A stretch of 64,000 nucleotides of DNA from Nitrospirota bacterium (lineage in GTDB: Bacteria > Nitrospirota > UBA9217). The position numbers and the translations under genes were made by a program. The stretch is taken from positions 2,176,001 through 2,240,000 of the forward strand of contig CAVTRN010000002.1 in NCBI GenBank assembly GCA_963737155.1, given 5' to 3'. Under the pieces are notes generated by a model. The model saw nothing but the letters and a program-made list of their open reading frames with translations. It was not told the DNA's origin and made no database searches. Positions 51,134 to 60,834 of this stretch are shown in pieces (positions within the stretch are counted from its first letter, which is position 1; the number at the start of each line of letters is the position of its first letter).

Positions 51134-51802
51134 TTGATAACCTCCCGGCCTAAAGGCCGAGGATTCCCGAATCAGGGCCCTGTCGCTGCTGTGAGCCACT
51201 GCAAATTCTGTTCGCAGATGCGGCAGAGATATTTGTGCTACGTCCCCCGTTTATGGGCTGATATGGCTGGCCTGGACTTTCTCCAGGCAAACCAGTTGAC
51301 TGCAGGCTGTACTAAAACAGCCACTGCATCAGAAGACATATATTTGCCCCCAGGAGATACCTTTTTGAGTATATTGATTGCACCGTTCACGTCGGCATTT
51401 ATTACAGCCCCGCATTGTTTACAGATATAGAGCCCGCGATACACACGGCCAGTGGGGTGCGCTTGCTTCATAGCGACATCAAGGTCCGCATAACTGGGTA
51501 TCCTGCCGGTGGTTTTCCAGGCTTCTTTGGCGTGCCACGCGGTGTGTTCCCAAGCTTCGTTGCAGAAAAACAAAGCAAACTCGTCACAAGGACGGTGCTT
51601 TCATCGATTACTAATGGCTCTTCCGACGGCAGTCATTGTTTGCAAATGGGACTCTCCCGTAGGCTCAACCATACATCGTTAACCATATCATACAGGTGGA
51701 CATTTATCAACGCAACGCCAAAACGGAAAGCTACATATCTGGATGCTTGGCAACCAGCGCCTTATATGCCCGATCTGAAAAGATGGTTTTACGGCACGGA
51801 TA
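51134..51802 (-). mobile_element. Non-autonomous IS200/IS605-type mini-element with deleted tnpB
   Basis: Right end (minus strand) GGAATCCTCGGCCTTTAGGCCGGGAGGTTATCAA; left end ccgtgccgtaaaaccatcttttcagatcgggcatataagg; no tnpA. Left boundary approximate. Confidence 0.75.
51238..51600 (-). pseudogene. tnpB: Internally deleted tnpB
   Basis: N-terminal-type segment (AWKTTGRIPSYADLD) is fused directly to RVYRGLYICKQCG.INADVNGAINILKK (half zinc finger plus RuvC-III); RuvC-I and RuvC-II are missing. Confidence 0.8.
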
Positions 51803-51843
51803 CTAAGAACACTATGCCAGACTGCGATAGCTCAGCATTGACA

Positions 51844-53607
51844 TTATCGATCGGTCTTAATATCCCGGATATCCAGCTCCAACTTGTTAGAACCGTTCCA
51901 GACATTCAAGCGGGGAGTGAACACCGCGGCCAGCTGTGCGCCATTTTTGACCTGTCTCCCAAACAGCGACCCTTTATTGAAGGCAATTGCGTCCATGGTC
52001 TTTCCCTGACCCTGCCTAAGTGTGAGTTTTAAATGGCAATTGCCGACGACATGTGAGGACACAACCTGAAGCCCCCGTGCCCCGAACCGTGGCTCCGGGT
52101 TCCCTTGGCCAAAAGGCGCCATTTTTTCAATTTCCCGCATCAGATCCATAGTCAGATCGTCGAACGTCACGGAGCCATCGATGGATAGCGTCCTGACAAA
52201 TCCCTGGGGTCCCAGCTTTTCAAGCACGAGTGTACTTAAACGCTCTCGGAAAGATCCAATATTCTTTTCCGAAAGGGAAAATCCTGCCGCATATTTATGC
52301 CCTCCGAACCCCAGCAGCAGTTCTGAACAGGCCCTAAGGCCCTCATAGAGATCGTAACCGGGGATGCTTCTCGCCGATCCCTTGCCCACACCGTTCTTTA
52401 CGCAGATCAGCGCCGTAGGACGGTAAAACTCCTCAACTATCTTCGATGCCACGATACCGACTACGCCGGGATGCCACTCCTCGGACGACAGCACCAGTGC
52501 TCCCGCTTCCGATGGGGCTGTCTTAAGGCACAGGTGACGGGCCTCATCGAGGATTCGTTCTTCAACTGACTGGCGCTCTCGATTCACCAAATCGAGAGCG
52601 TGAGCAATTTCGAAGGCTTCTTTTGGAGAATCTGTTGTTAGAAGTTTGAACGCCATGTCCGCCCGCTCAAGTCTCCCGCTTGCGTTTAGTCTTGGGGCAA
52701 TCGTGAACCCCACGGTCCCTACTCCTACCTTTTTCCCATTCAGTCCAGCAAGCTGTTTCAGGGCTGCAATTCCGGTACGAGGCGCCGTAGTTGAGGACAT
52801 TGCTTCAAGTCCGTATCTGACCATAATACGGTTCTCGCCCGTGATCTTGCCCACATCGGCAACCGTGCCGAGTGCCACCAGGTCAAGATAGGATTTCAAG
52901 TGCTCATCGTCGGCCGGTGCATTCAACAGGGCCTGAACGAGCTTAAAAGCAATGCCGACACCAGTCAGTCCGGCAACCTGCCGGCGCATGTCGGCCGGCA
53001 CATCAGGCAATAGACGCAGCGGGTGTAGAATCGCGTAGGCACCGGGAAGGCTATGACCGCTTGCGTCGCGCGAAATGTTTGAACCGTTTGGACCCTTTGC
53101 ATCGACGAACTCGTGGTGGTCGGTAATGATTAAATCAAGGCCGAGGGAGCGTGCTGTCGCGGCCTCGCGATACGCAGTAATACCGCAGTCGACGGAAATA
53201 ACGAGTCCTGCCCCGTCGGCTCTTATCGTTTCAAGGGCCCCGGTGTTCAAGCCGTAACCTTCCGCCATACGATCCGGGATGTAGCTGCCGACAATAGCTC
53301 CCAGCCTTTTCAGGGCAAGGTATAGTAGGGCTGTGCCACTCACCCCATCGACGTCATAATCTCCGTAAATGACGATCTTTTCACCGGCTGCTATTGCTGT
53401 CCTGATACGGGCGACCGAACGTTCCATATGGAAAAATATGGCCGGATCGGACAGAGTCGATAGCTTGCAGGATAGAAAGAACTGTACATCTGTTTCAGCA
53501 GTTATCCCACGATTCACCAGGAGTCGCGCTATGAGCGGATGGAGGCCCGCATGCTCCGCAAGCGCGGCAACGGTGCCTTCATCGGATTCAGTGAGTACCC
53601 ATTTCAT
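51844..53607 (-). CDS. recJ: ssDNA exonuclease RecJ
   Basis: GDYDVDG, VDCG, TDHH, GTVAD, PRLNASGR, GGHKYAAG, PFGQGNPEP; start at MKWVL. Confidence 0.95.
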   Translation of the reverse strand: MKWVLTESDEGTVAALAEHAGLHPLIARLLVNRGITAETDVQFFLSCKLSTLSDPAIFFHMERSVARIRTAIAAGEKIVIYGDYDVDGVSGTALLYLALKRLGAIVGSYIPDRMAEGYGLNTGALETIRADGAGLVISVDCGITAYREAATARSLGLDLIITDHHEFVDAKGPNGSNISRDASGHSLPGAYAILHPLRLLPDVPADMRRQVAGLTGVGIAFKLVQALLNAPADDEHLKSYLDLVALGTVADVGKITGENRIMVRYGLEAMSSTTAPRTGIAALKQLAGLNGKKVGVGTVGFTIAPRLNASGRLERADMAFKLLTTDSPKEAFEIAHALDLVNRERQSVEERILDEARHLCLKTAPSEAGALVLSSEEWHPGVVGIVASKIVEEFYRPTALICVKNGVGKGSARSIPGYDLYEGLRACSELLLGFGGHKYAAGFSLSEKNIGSFRERLSTLVLEKLGPQGFVRTLSIDGSVTFDDLTMDLMREIEKMAPFGQGNPEPRFGARGLQVVSSHVVGNCHLKLTLRQGQGKTMDAIAFNKGSLFGRQVKNGAQLAAVFTPRLNVWNGSNKLELDIRDIKTDR

Positions 53608-53674
53608 ACTTATAGCCCGTCCTTCCGCCTCCTTGTTTTCTTTGTCTTTCTTTGCCGTACGCGGGAAAATCCTT

Positions 53675-53794
53675 TTACAATCCGCGTATGGCCTTTCCAA
53701 GACCTTCCCCCAGTTGCGACAGTTTACTCCTTCCAAAAATCATCAGTGCGAGTACAAGGATACTGACTAGATCGGGCAGTCCCAATCCGCACTT
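53675..53794 (-). pseudogene. tatA: tatA pseudogene overlapping the mobA 3' end
   Basis: (K)CGLGLPDLVSILVLALMIFGRSKLSQLGEGLGKAIRGL*; AAG at the position of the expected ATG after a gagg RBS, and an early stop. Confidence 0.7.
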
Positions 53795-54357
53795 GCTGCT
53801 TCCTCATATTCTTGTCGTGTGTTCAGATTTTTAAACGATTTCCTCTCAGGGTCAAAACGGTCGATCTCATCTTTCAATACATACCGAACTCGCAGATCAA
53901 CGAGCGCGTTCCGTATTCTTTGATCGTCTTGCTTGATCCGCTCTTCAATGACCGTGACTATCCCCTTCCGGTACACTGCGTGCAGTGGTTCCAGAAAGTC
54001 ACCGATTGCAGGAACTACCGCATCATACCCCTCGGCCAGTGCGGTCATATACGCGATAAGCTGGGTGTTCAAGAAAGGCATGTCGCAGGCGATGACAAAG
54101 TTATATTCGTCATGCGAGGACCGGAGGCCTGAATAGATTCCGGTCAGAGGCCCACGCTTATTGAAGGCATCCCTTACGGCGGAAACACCATAAGCGGCAT
54201 ATCGCTCGGGCGAGTTCGTAACGACTATAATGTCCCGGAAAAGACCCTTTAAAGGACGCAGAATATGTTCGATTAGCGGGCTTCCCGCGATGGTAAGGAA
54301 CGCCTTATCACTGCCCATGCGCCGGTTCTCGCCTCCTGCCAGAACTATCCCCGTCAT
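53767..54357 (-). CDS. mobA: Molybdenum cofactor guanylyltransferase
   Basis: VLAGGENRRMGSDKA, GPLTGI, ACDMPF, EPLHAVY, F.N.NT. Confidence 0.93.
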   Translation of the reverse strand: MTGIVLAGGENRRMGSDKAFLTIAGSPLIEHILRPLKGLFRDIIVVTNSPERYAAYGVSAVRDAFNKRGPLTGIYSGLRSSHDEYNFVIACDMPFLNTQLIAYMTALAEGYDAVVPAIGDFLEPLHAVYRKGIVTVIEERIKQDDQRIRNALVDLRVRYVLKDEIDRFDPERKSFKNLNTRQEYEEAASADWDCPI

Positions 54358-54579
54358 ATTTAAAATTACCGTATTTACCAGATGGTGTCAACAAAGATAT
54401 TGAAATGTTTCTTCACAACAGGCTGAGAAACTGCTGAAATACCTTTTGTTTCTTCCGCATCGTCACTGAGAACTGTAGTGTTATATCATCAAGTCGGGAA
54501 CAATGCCAAAAAGGAAAATAGCTGAGCACAAATTTAACAGCGGGGACTTAACTGCGGTCGGAAGGATTGAGGTCATCCA

Positions 54580-54750
54580 TCATATTCCCGCACCTGCAAA
54601 TAGAACGAGAACCAGCAGCAATATCTGAAAATTACCGGAATTCACAACTGACAGCTCAAGGTATAGATATCGGTAAACTGGAACATCCGGCCTCTCAGCC
54701 GGCCAGAACGCACTCGACTTCACGCTCTTCCACACCCTCAGTAGTAACAT
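54580..54750 (-). CDS. Possible 56-aa small membrane protein
   Basis: aaggagg RBS; open frame MLLLRVWK...QILLLVLVLFAGAGI. Confidence 0.3.
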   Translation of the reverse strand: MLLLRVWKSVKSSAFWPAERPDVPVYRYLYLELSVVNSGNFQILLLVLVLFAGAGI

Positions 54751-55047
54751 TTGCTTGCCTCCTTTTGGCTAATAGCGAAGAGCGTGGTCATGTATTTTAC
54801 GTTGCGTTCTATCCAAGATTCTCAACATGATTATTACTCGACACATCGTAATCCGGTTTTATTCAGATGTAGTATTGTATATGCGTCGTTAATTATATGT
54901 CGGAACTCATAGCGTTGCCCTGATCTCTGTGCCACATAGATCGGACATGCTGAACAAAATAAAATCTTTAATTTCCCTGCCTTCTGTGGTAAATTGTTTC
55001 TATCAACATTGACTTGAATTAATCAAAATGGTCGGGAGTACTTCTTT

Positions 55048-55584
55048 TTGCATATGCCAAAAAACGCGAATTCTCGCTTAAACCTCATGGCGCTCATCTT
55101 AGCCGATTTTTCCACAGTTGCTATCATAGCAATTGCGCTGAGCCTCTTTCTCAATACATCCGCTATTGCCGGTGATAAAGCATATATCAAGCCATCAGCC
55201 CGGGATAAATGTTCGGTCTGCGGCATGTTTGTCGCCGGATTCCCCGACTGGACTGCCGAGATTATCTATCGTGACGGAACTTACCGGGTTTTCGACGGCC
55301 CCAAAGACATGTTCAAATATCTTACGAATTTCAAGAAGTATGAGCACTCCCAGCAGCAAGAGGATATTGTGAGCATCTATGTTACCGATTATTACAGCGT
55401 CCATCCCCTCGACGCAAACAAGGCTTTCTTCGTCACTGGCAGCAACATATACGGCCCGATGGGAAATGAATTTGTCTCCTTTGAGGCAGTAACGGACGCT
55501 AAGGAATTTATGAAGGACCATGCAGGAAAAAGGGTCCTCCGCTTCCACGACGTCACACGGAAGATTCTTAAGGAATTCGAGTAA
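55048..55584 (+). CDS. nosL: NosL-family copper-binding periplasmic protein
   Basis: CSVCGMFV, FDGPKDMF, YVTDYY, V.GS...GPMG.E, F.KDH.G. Confidence 0.85.
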   Translation: MHMPKNANSRLNLMALILADFSTVAIIAIALSLFLNTSAIAGDKAYIKPSARDKCSVCGMFVAGFPDWTAEIIYRDGTYRVFDGPKDMFKYLTNFKKYEHSQQQEDIVSIYVTDYYSVHPLDANKAFFVTGSNIYGPMGNEFVSFEAVTDAKEFMKDHAGKRVLRFHDVTRKILKEFE

Positions 55585-55588
55585 CCGG

Positions 55589-55897
55589 ATGAGAAAATCT
55601 TCTCTTTTTTTCTTTTATCTTGCCATCAGCAGCCTCTGCCTGGTAGTGGCTTTTGCCCATGCGCAGTATCAGCAGTATCGACGGTCGCCGGAACTCCAGG
55701 AAAATGCCAGACTCGTACGCACTCTCGAACTGACCGACCTCTGCCTTTTCACCGAGGCACGTTATACACGCAACCCTTCACAGGCCGATTTTTACGCGCC
55801 TTTCCAGGATCATCCTTGTTCTCTGGAGCATTTCCCGTCAGGCTCGCTGATTATGCCGAATCGGGGAAACGCCAAAAATCATGCATTCATGGATTGA
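55589..55897 (+). CDS. Small membrane-anchored hypothetical protein
   Basis: N-terminal hydrophobic segment; LTDLCLFTEARYTR...PFQDHP..LEHFPSGS; tightly packed in the operon. Confidence 0.7.
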   Translation: MRKSSLFFFYLAISSLCLVVAFAHAQYQQYRRSPELQENARLVRTLELTDLCLFTEARYTRNPSQADFYAPFQDHPCSLEHFPSGSLIMPNRGNAKNHAFMD

Positions 55898-57017
55898 AAA
55901 ACAACGCAACATCATTGATTTTACCCTCTCTTCGCTGTCCCGAAGGAAAGGGAAAAATATTGCCCTTCTGCTTGTTTATACCCTTCTCGTCTTTCTCCTC
56001 GCATCTGTCATGTTCTTTACACATGCGCTTAAGCGGGAGGCCGCACTCACCCTTCAGGACGCGCCGGAAATTATAGTCCAACGGACGTCCGAAGGGAGAT
56101 ATGAGCCGATTCCGCGAAAATACATCGAGGTTTTGAACAAAATCAAGGGTGTCACTTCTGTTCGCGGGAGGCTGTGGGGCTACTATTACGATTCTGCGAT
56201 CGGCGCGAATTATACCATTATGGTCCCTGAGAATTTTCCGTATAAATCCGGCGACATCACGATCGGCAGCGGAGTCTCACGGGTGCGACTGGCTGCGAAG
56301 AATGACATGATCCCGCTGCGCGCCTACGATGGGATATCGATCCCCTTTCATATCCGCGATGTCTTTTCATCGGAGTCAGAACTCGTCTCATCGGACCTCC
56401 TGCTTATTTCGGAATCCGATTACCGGAAGCTTTTCGGAACGAGTAAAGACCTGGTCACCGATATCACCCTCAAGGTTAGGAACACAACAGAGATTCCCAC
56501 TGTAGCACAAAAAATAGTCAACCTCCTTCCCAATGCCCGCCCGATCACGAAGCGGGAGATCCTGAGGACCTACGAATCCATATTTGACTGGAGAAGCGGA
56601 ATTATCGTAGCCATACTCACCGGATCCGTACTCGCATTCATCATCGTGTCTTGGGACAAGGCGTCGGGTCTAAGCGCTGAAGAAAAAAAAGAAATAGGCA
56701 TTTTAAAGGCCGTGGGCTGGGAAACCTCGGACATTCTACTCATGAAATTCTGGGAAGGTGCGGTAATCTCGCTCTCATCGTTTCTTGCCGGTGTTCTCCT
56801 TGCCTATGTTCATGTTTTTTTCACATCCGCGACCCTTTTTGAGCCCGTGCTCAAAGGCTGGTCAGTGCTTTATCCCGAGTTCAGACTCGTGCCTTTCATA
56901 GATCCATACCAGGTCGCAACGCTATTTTTCCTGACAGTGGTGCCTTACACCGTTGCGACCATTGTCCCTTCCTGGCATGCCGCCACCATTGACCCTGATT
57001 CGGTTATGAGGTCATGA
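55881..57017 (+). CDS. FtsX/LolE-like ABC permease
   Basis: EKKEIGILKAVGW; four-TM MacB/LolE topology. Confidence 0.85.
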   Translation: MHSWIEKQRNIIDFTLSSLSRRKGKNIALLLVYTLLVFLLASVMFFTHALKREAALTLQDAPEIIVQRTSEGRYEPIPRKYIEVLNKIKGVTSVRGRLWGYYYDSAIGANYTIMVPENFPYKSGDITIGSGVSRVRLAAKNDMIPLRAYDGISIPFHIRDVFSSESELVSSDLLLISESDYRKLFGTSKDLVTDITLKVRNTTEIPTVAQKIVNLLPNARPITKREILRTYESIFDWRSGIIVAILTGSVLAFIIVSWDKASGLSAEEKKEIGILKAVGWETSDILLMKFWEGAVISLSSFLAGVLLAYVHVFFTSATLFEPVLKGWSVLYPEFRLVPFIDPYQVATLFFLTVVPYTVATIVPSWHAATIDPDSVMRS

Positions 57018-57700
57018 TGATGATCGAACTGAAAAATATCCGCAAGGTTTTCAATCAGGGGAAATCCTACGAGCTGGTTGCTGTGGACGAGGTGACTATC
57101 TCTCTGGAATCAAAAAAGATTACCGTGTTCAAGGGGCCGAGCGGTTCCGGAAAAACCACACTCTTGTCCCTAGCTGGATGCATGGCCCGGCCCACTTCAG
57201 GCAGGATATTCCTCGGTGACCGGGAGCTCTCAAGCCTTCCCGAACGCTTTCTGACCGAGATCCGCCGTACCCATTTCGGTTTTATCTTCCAGCAGTTTAA
57301 TCTCGTAAAAGGAATTTCAGCCCTGGAAAATGTTATGTTGCCAGCATACCCGCGCGGCGGACCCCATGGAGCGCTGAAAAAACATGCTCAGGAACTCCTT
57401 GAGCTTTTCGGCATCGAGGGGCGCGCATCGTCAAAGGCAGAATGGCTTTCCGGCGGCGAGGCCCAGCGAACAGCAATCGCACGTGCGCTGATTAACGATC
57501 CCGGAGTCATTATAGCCGACGAGCCGACGGCGCACCTCGATACTAAACTGTCTCGTGAATTCATGGATATCGTAGGCCGCCTGAAAGAGCAACAAAAGAC
57601 TGTCATTATCGCTAGCCATGATCCTCTCGTTTACGAAGCCGCCATGATCGATCGGGTCATTACCATGCGAGACGGCAGGATCGAAGGAGTGAAAACATGA
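57014..57700 (+). CDS. ABC transporter ATP-binding protein (LolD-like)
   Basis: GPSGSGKT, LSGGEAQR, ADEPT, SHD. Confidence 0.92.
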   Translation: MMMIELKNIRKVFNQGKSYELVAVDEVTISLESKKITVFKGPSGSGKTTLLSLAGCMARPTSGRIFLGDRELSSLPERFLTEIRRTHFGFIFQQFNLVKGISALENVMLPAYPRGGPHGALKKHAQELLELFGIEGRASSKAEWLSGGEAQRTAIARALINDPGVIIADEPTAHLDTKLSREFMDIVGRLKEQQKTVIIASHDPLVYEAAMIDRVITMRDGRIEGVKT

Positions 57701-58689
57701 TCCTGCATCCCGCAATAATCGCTCTGCTGGTCTCTTCCGGCATGATAAGTCTTCTTACGTTGTACGCGGACTATTACGGCATCCTGATCATCAGGAAATG
57801 GGATATTCGGAGCGGCAGCGGCAATCAGCTTGAGCTTGAGCGAAGAACCTACCTCATTTCCACCATCCTCGCCTATGTATTCGGATTTCAGCTCTTTTCC
57901 CTATTTTTATATGTTTACACCGCGGACAGCCTGTGTTCCCTATTTACTGGGGCCATGTGCGCCGTGGGCACACTCGAGGTCAACAGCTACGGCTATCCCG
58001 TTCTCCTGCTCAAGCTTGCGAACTTCATCCTGGCCGGATTCTGGCTTATCATAAACTATGCGGACAACCGAGGCTACGACTATCCGCTCATCAGGATCAA
58101 ATATACTTTTCTTGCCCTACTCACTCCGCTCATCGTCGCCGAAACAGTGCTACAGACCCTTTATTTTCTCGGTCTTCATGCCGATATCATTACTTCCTGC
58201 TGTGGCAGCCTCTTCAGCGGCAGTGGATCAGGCGTTGTTTCGAGTCTGAGCTCGTTTCCGCCTTCACCAATGAAAATCATTTTTTTCGTCACCATGACAA
58301 TAGCCCTCGGGACAAGCGTTCTCTTTTATCGTACAGGCAAGGGAGCCTATTTTCATGGGCTTGTTTCAGCTGTCCTTCTCCCTGTCGCCCTGGAATCGTT
58401 GATCACTTTCATCGGGCCTTATATCTATGAACTTCCCATGCACCATTGTCCATTCTGCGTGCTTCGGGAAGAGTATGGATATATCGGTTATCCCCTGTAC
58501 ATTACCTTGCTTAGCGGCGCGGTCTCTGGTATGGGCGTGGGTATTCTCATGCCTTTCATAAAAAAACCAAGTCTCGTTGACGTTATTCCGGCACTTCAAA
58601 AAAAGCTTGCCCTCTTATCTTTTGTCTGCTATGCCCTTTTTGCGATTATCGTCCTCTACCGGATATACGCTTCAAACCTGGTGCTCTGA
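57697..58689 (+). CDS. Polytopic membrane protein with Cys/His motifs
   Basis: GAMCA.G, ITSCCGSLF, YELPMHHCPFC; about 8 TMs; ATGA overlap with the ATPase gene. Confidence 0.75.
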   Translation: MILHPAIIALLVSSGMISLLTLYADYYGILIIRKWDIRSGSGNQLELERRTYLISTILAYVFGFQLFSLFLYVYTADSLCSLFTGAMCAVGTLEVNSYGYPVLLLKLANFILAGFWLIINYADNRGYDYPLIRIKYTFLALLTPLIVAETVLQTLYFLGLHADIITSCCGSLFSGSGSGVVSSLSSFPPSPMKIIFFVTMTIALGTSVLFYRTGKGAYFHGLVSAVLLPVALESLITFIGPYIYELPMHHCPFCVLREEYGYIGYPLYITLLSGAVSGMGVGILMPFIKKPSLVDVIPALQKKLALLSFVCYALFAIIVLYRIYASNLVL

Positions 58690-58815
58690 AAGCCTGATCA
58701 TGATCATTGCCATCCTGGCTATGCCTAAACATTCCCAATTCATTTTTGCAGAATTTTCGCATTACCAGGTCAATTTGTCTTGACAGGGAGATATCCAGAA
58801 TTTTATTATATTTGC

Positions 58816-59307
58816 ATGAGTTTTCCCGAATTACTGCAACCCCTTGCAAGGGAAAAAACCTCTTCGAGCTTGATAGGTGGCCTTGCATTCCTACTGTTCG
58901 TAAGTTTAATTTTATGCATCCTGTCCGCATGTTCGAGACAGACATCCTATCCCGCGCCGTCGCGTATCGGACCAGATATCGTTATCGACACAGCAGGCCT
59001 AGAACTTGAAGTTCCTAAATTCTATACATACCAGTTCCATGACAAGCAGATCAATTTTTTTGTGATCAAAACGGAGGACAGAATCCTTTCCTTTCTAGAT
59101 GCCTGCGCGAGTTGTTATCCCCACAAGCAAGGATACCGCTTTGAAGACAGCGCGATTATCTGCCGTCATTGCAACGTCAGGCTTCCCGTCAACAATCTCG
59201 AAAAGGGCATCGGGAACTGTTATCCGATCAAGATTGAAGGCAGAATGGGAAAGGGCAAGTATCTGATTGCGGCGGAGACTCTGGAAAAGGCGGCGGACAA
59301 GTTTTAA
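58816..59307 (+). CDS. DUF2318-like predicted Fe-S-binding protein
   Basis: FLDACASCY...GY...ICRHC...GNCYP; possible lipobox LSAC. Confidence 0.75.
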   Translation: MSFPELLQPLAREKTSSSLIGGLAFLLFVSLILCILSACSRQTSYPAPSRIGPDIVIDTAGLELEVPKFYTYQFHDKQINFFVIKTEDRILSFLDACASCYPHKQGYRFEDSAIICRHCNVRLPVNNLEKGIGNCYPIKIEGRMGKGKYLIAAETLEKAADKF

Positions 59308-59625
59308 ATATAGTATGTATTTTTTATATCAAAATATTCTTTAACAGCCATGTTCCGTTCCTAAAAATGATTATTGATAAAATTTATAAAACAAATTTCA
59401 TCGAATAATATACTGCAATTTTGAGCCCATCAGAATTCGCTCTATTTGTTAATTATTTATTCTTATGCGTATTCGATGATTGACACTATTCTCACTAAAA
59501 AGGATAGAAAATGTCCCTTCAACTCCCGTCCGTGCCGGCCCTTTCCATCGACACAGGGCAGGTAACCGGAGTAATAGCGATATTGTAATCTTGAGCAATA
59601 ATGACAAGGGATGTATTTTGCATTT

Positions 59626-60834
59626 TCACTCGTAACGAAGGGCCTGGATCGGGTCCAGAAGCGAGGCTTTGCGTGCGGGATAAACACCGAAGAAAACGCC
59701 GACTGCGACTGAGAAGGTAAAAGCCATAATAATAGACCATGCCGATACACTCGTGGGAAGAACATCAACGAACACAGGAATGATCAGCGCGAGACCGACA
59801 CCAATGAAGATGCCGATAATGCCACCTGCACCGGAAAGCGTCATAGCTTCGATCATAAATTGCGCCATGATATCACGGTTTCGTGCACCGAGGGCCTTAC
59901 GGACGCCGATTTCGCGCGTTCGCTCGCGCACCGAAACCAGCATGATATTCATGATCCCGATGCCGCCGACGAGCAACGAGATGCCGGCAATCCCGCCGAG
60001 TACTGCTGTCAGAATGCCGAGAATGTTATTCATCGTGGAAAGCATGGCACCCTGAGTCTCTATCGTAAAGTCTTCCTTGTATGCGTGCCGCCTCATGAGA
60101 ATATCCTTGATCTGTGCTCTGGCGTTGTCTATATCCTCAGACCTCGACGTCGATCCTAGTATTTCAAAAAGACCGTCCGTGTCAAATAGTTCCTGACCAC
60201 TCGTCACGGGAATGAACACGACGTCATCGATGTCCCAGCCCAGGCTTGTTCCCTTCTTCCGCATCACACCCACGACGCGATATCGCGCGTCGGAGAGCAT
60301 AACAACCTTGCCGAGCGGGTTCTGATCGCCAAACAGTTCTTCTTTCACTTTGGTCCCAAGTACCACGATCTTTCTCTGCGAATCGACATCTTCCTGTGAA
60401 ACATAACTTCCTGTATCGATAAACAGGTTTCTGACACGCTCAAACTCGGGGGTTGTTCCAATGATCGTTGTATCCCTTCCCAGATTCTGGAATATAATCC
60501 TTCCTGTTCCAAAAACGATGGGGACGGCATCGGTCAGAAGCCATGCCCTGCGCTTAAGAGCCTGAGCATCGTCGTAGGACAGTTTTCGGACCGTTCCGGC
60601 TGAAGGCAGATGGAAACCGCCACTTGTTGTTGTCTTTCCCGGAGTGATGATGAGCAGGTTGGTACCGAGACCGAAAAGTTCCCGGGTAATGTACACCCTC
60701 GCGCCTTCCCCGATGGACACCAGAAGGATTACCGACATGACGCCGATGATCACACCGAGCATGGTCAACCCTGAGCGAACCTTGTTCGACATAATAGCAT
60801 CGAGTGAAATCTGGCATGTTTCAAATAAATTCAT
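59626..60834 (-). CDS. MacB-like ABC permease
   Basis: RSGLTMLGVIIG, GGIGIMNIMLVSVRERTREIG, PI.ALRYE. Confidence 0.92.
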   Translation of the reverse strand: MNLFETCQISLDAIMSNKVRSGLTMLGVIIGVMSVILLVSIGEGARVYITRELFGLGTNLLIITPGKTTTSGGFHLPSAGTVRKLSYDDAQALKRRAWLLTDAVPIVFGTGRIIFQNLGRDTTIIGTTPEFERVRNLFIDTGSYVSQEDVDSQRKIVVLGTKVKEELFGDQNPLGKVVMLSDARYRVVGVMRKKGTSLGWDIDDVVFIPVTSGQELFDTDGLFEILGSTSRSEDIDNARAQIKDILMRRHAYKEDFTIETQGAMLSTMNNILGILTAVLGGIAGISLLVGGIGIMNIMLVSVRERTREIGVRKALGARNRDIMAQFMIEAMTLSGAGGIIGIFIGVGLALIIPVFVDVLPTSVSAWSIIMAFTFSVAVGVFFGVYPARKASLLDPIQALRYE

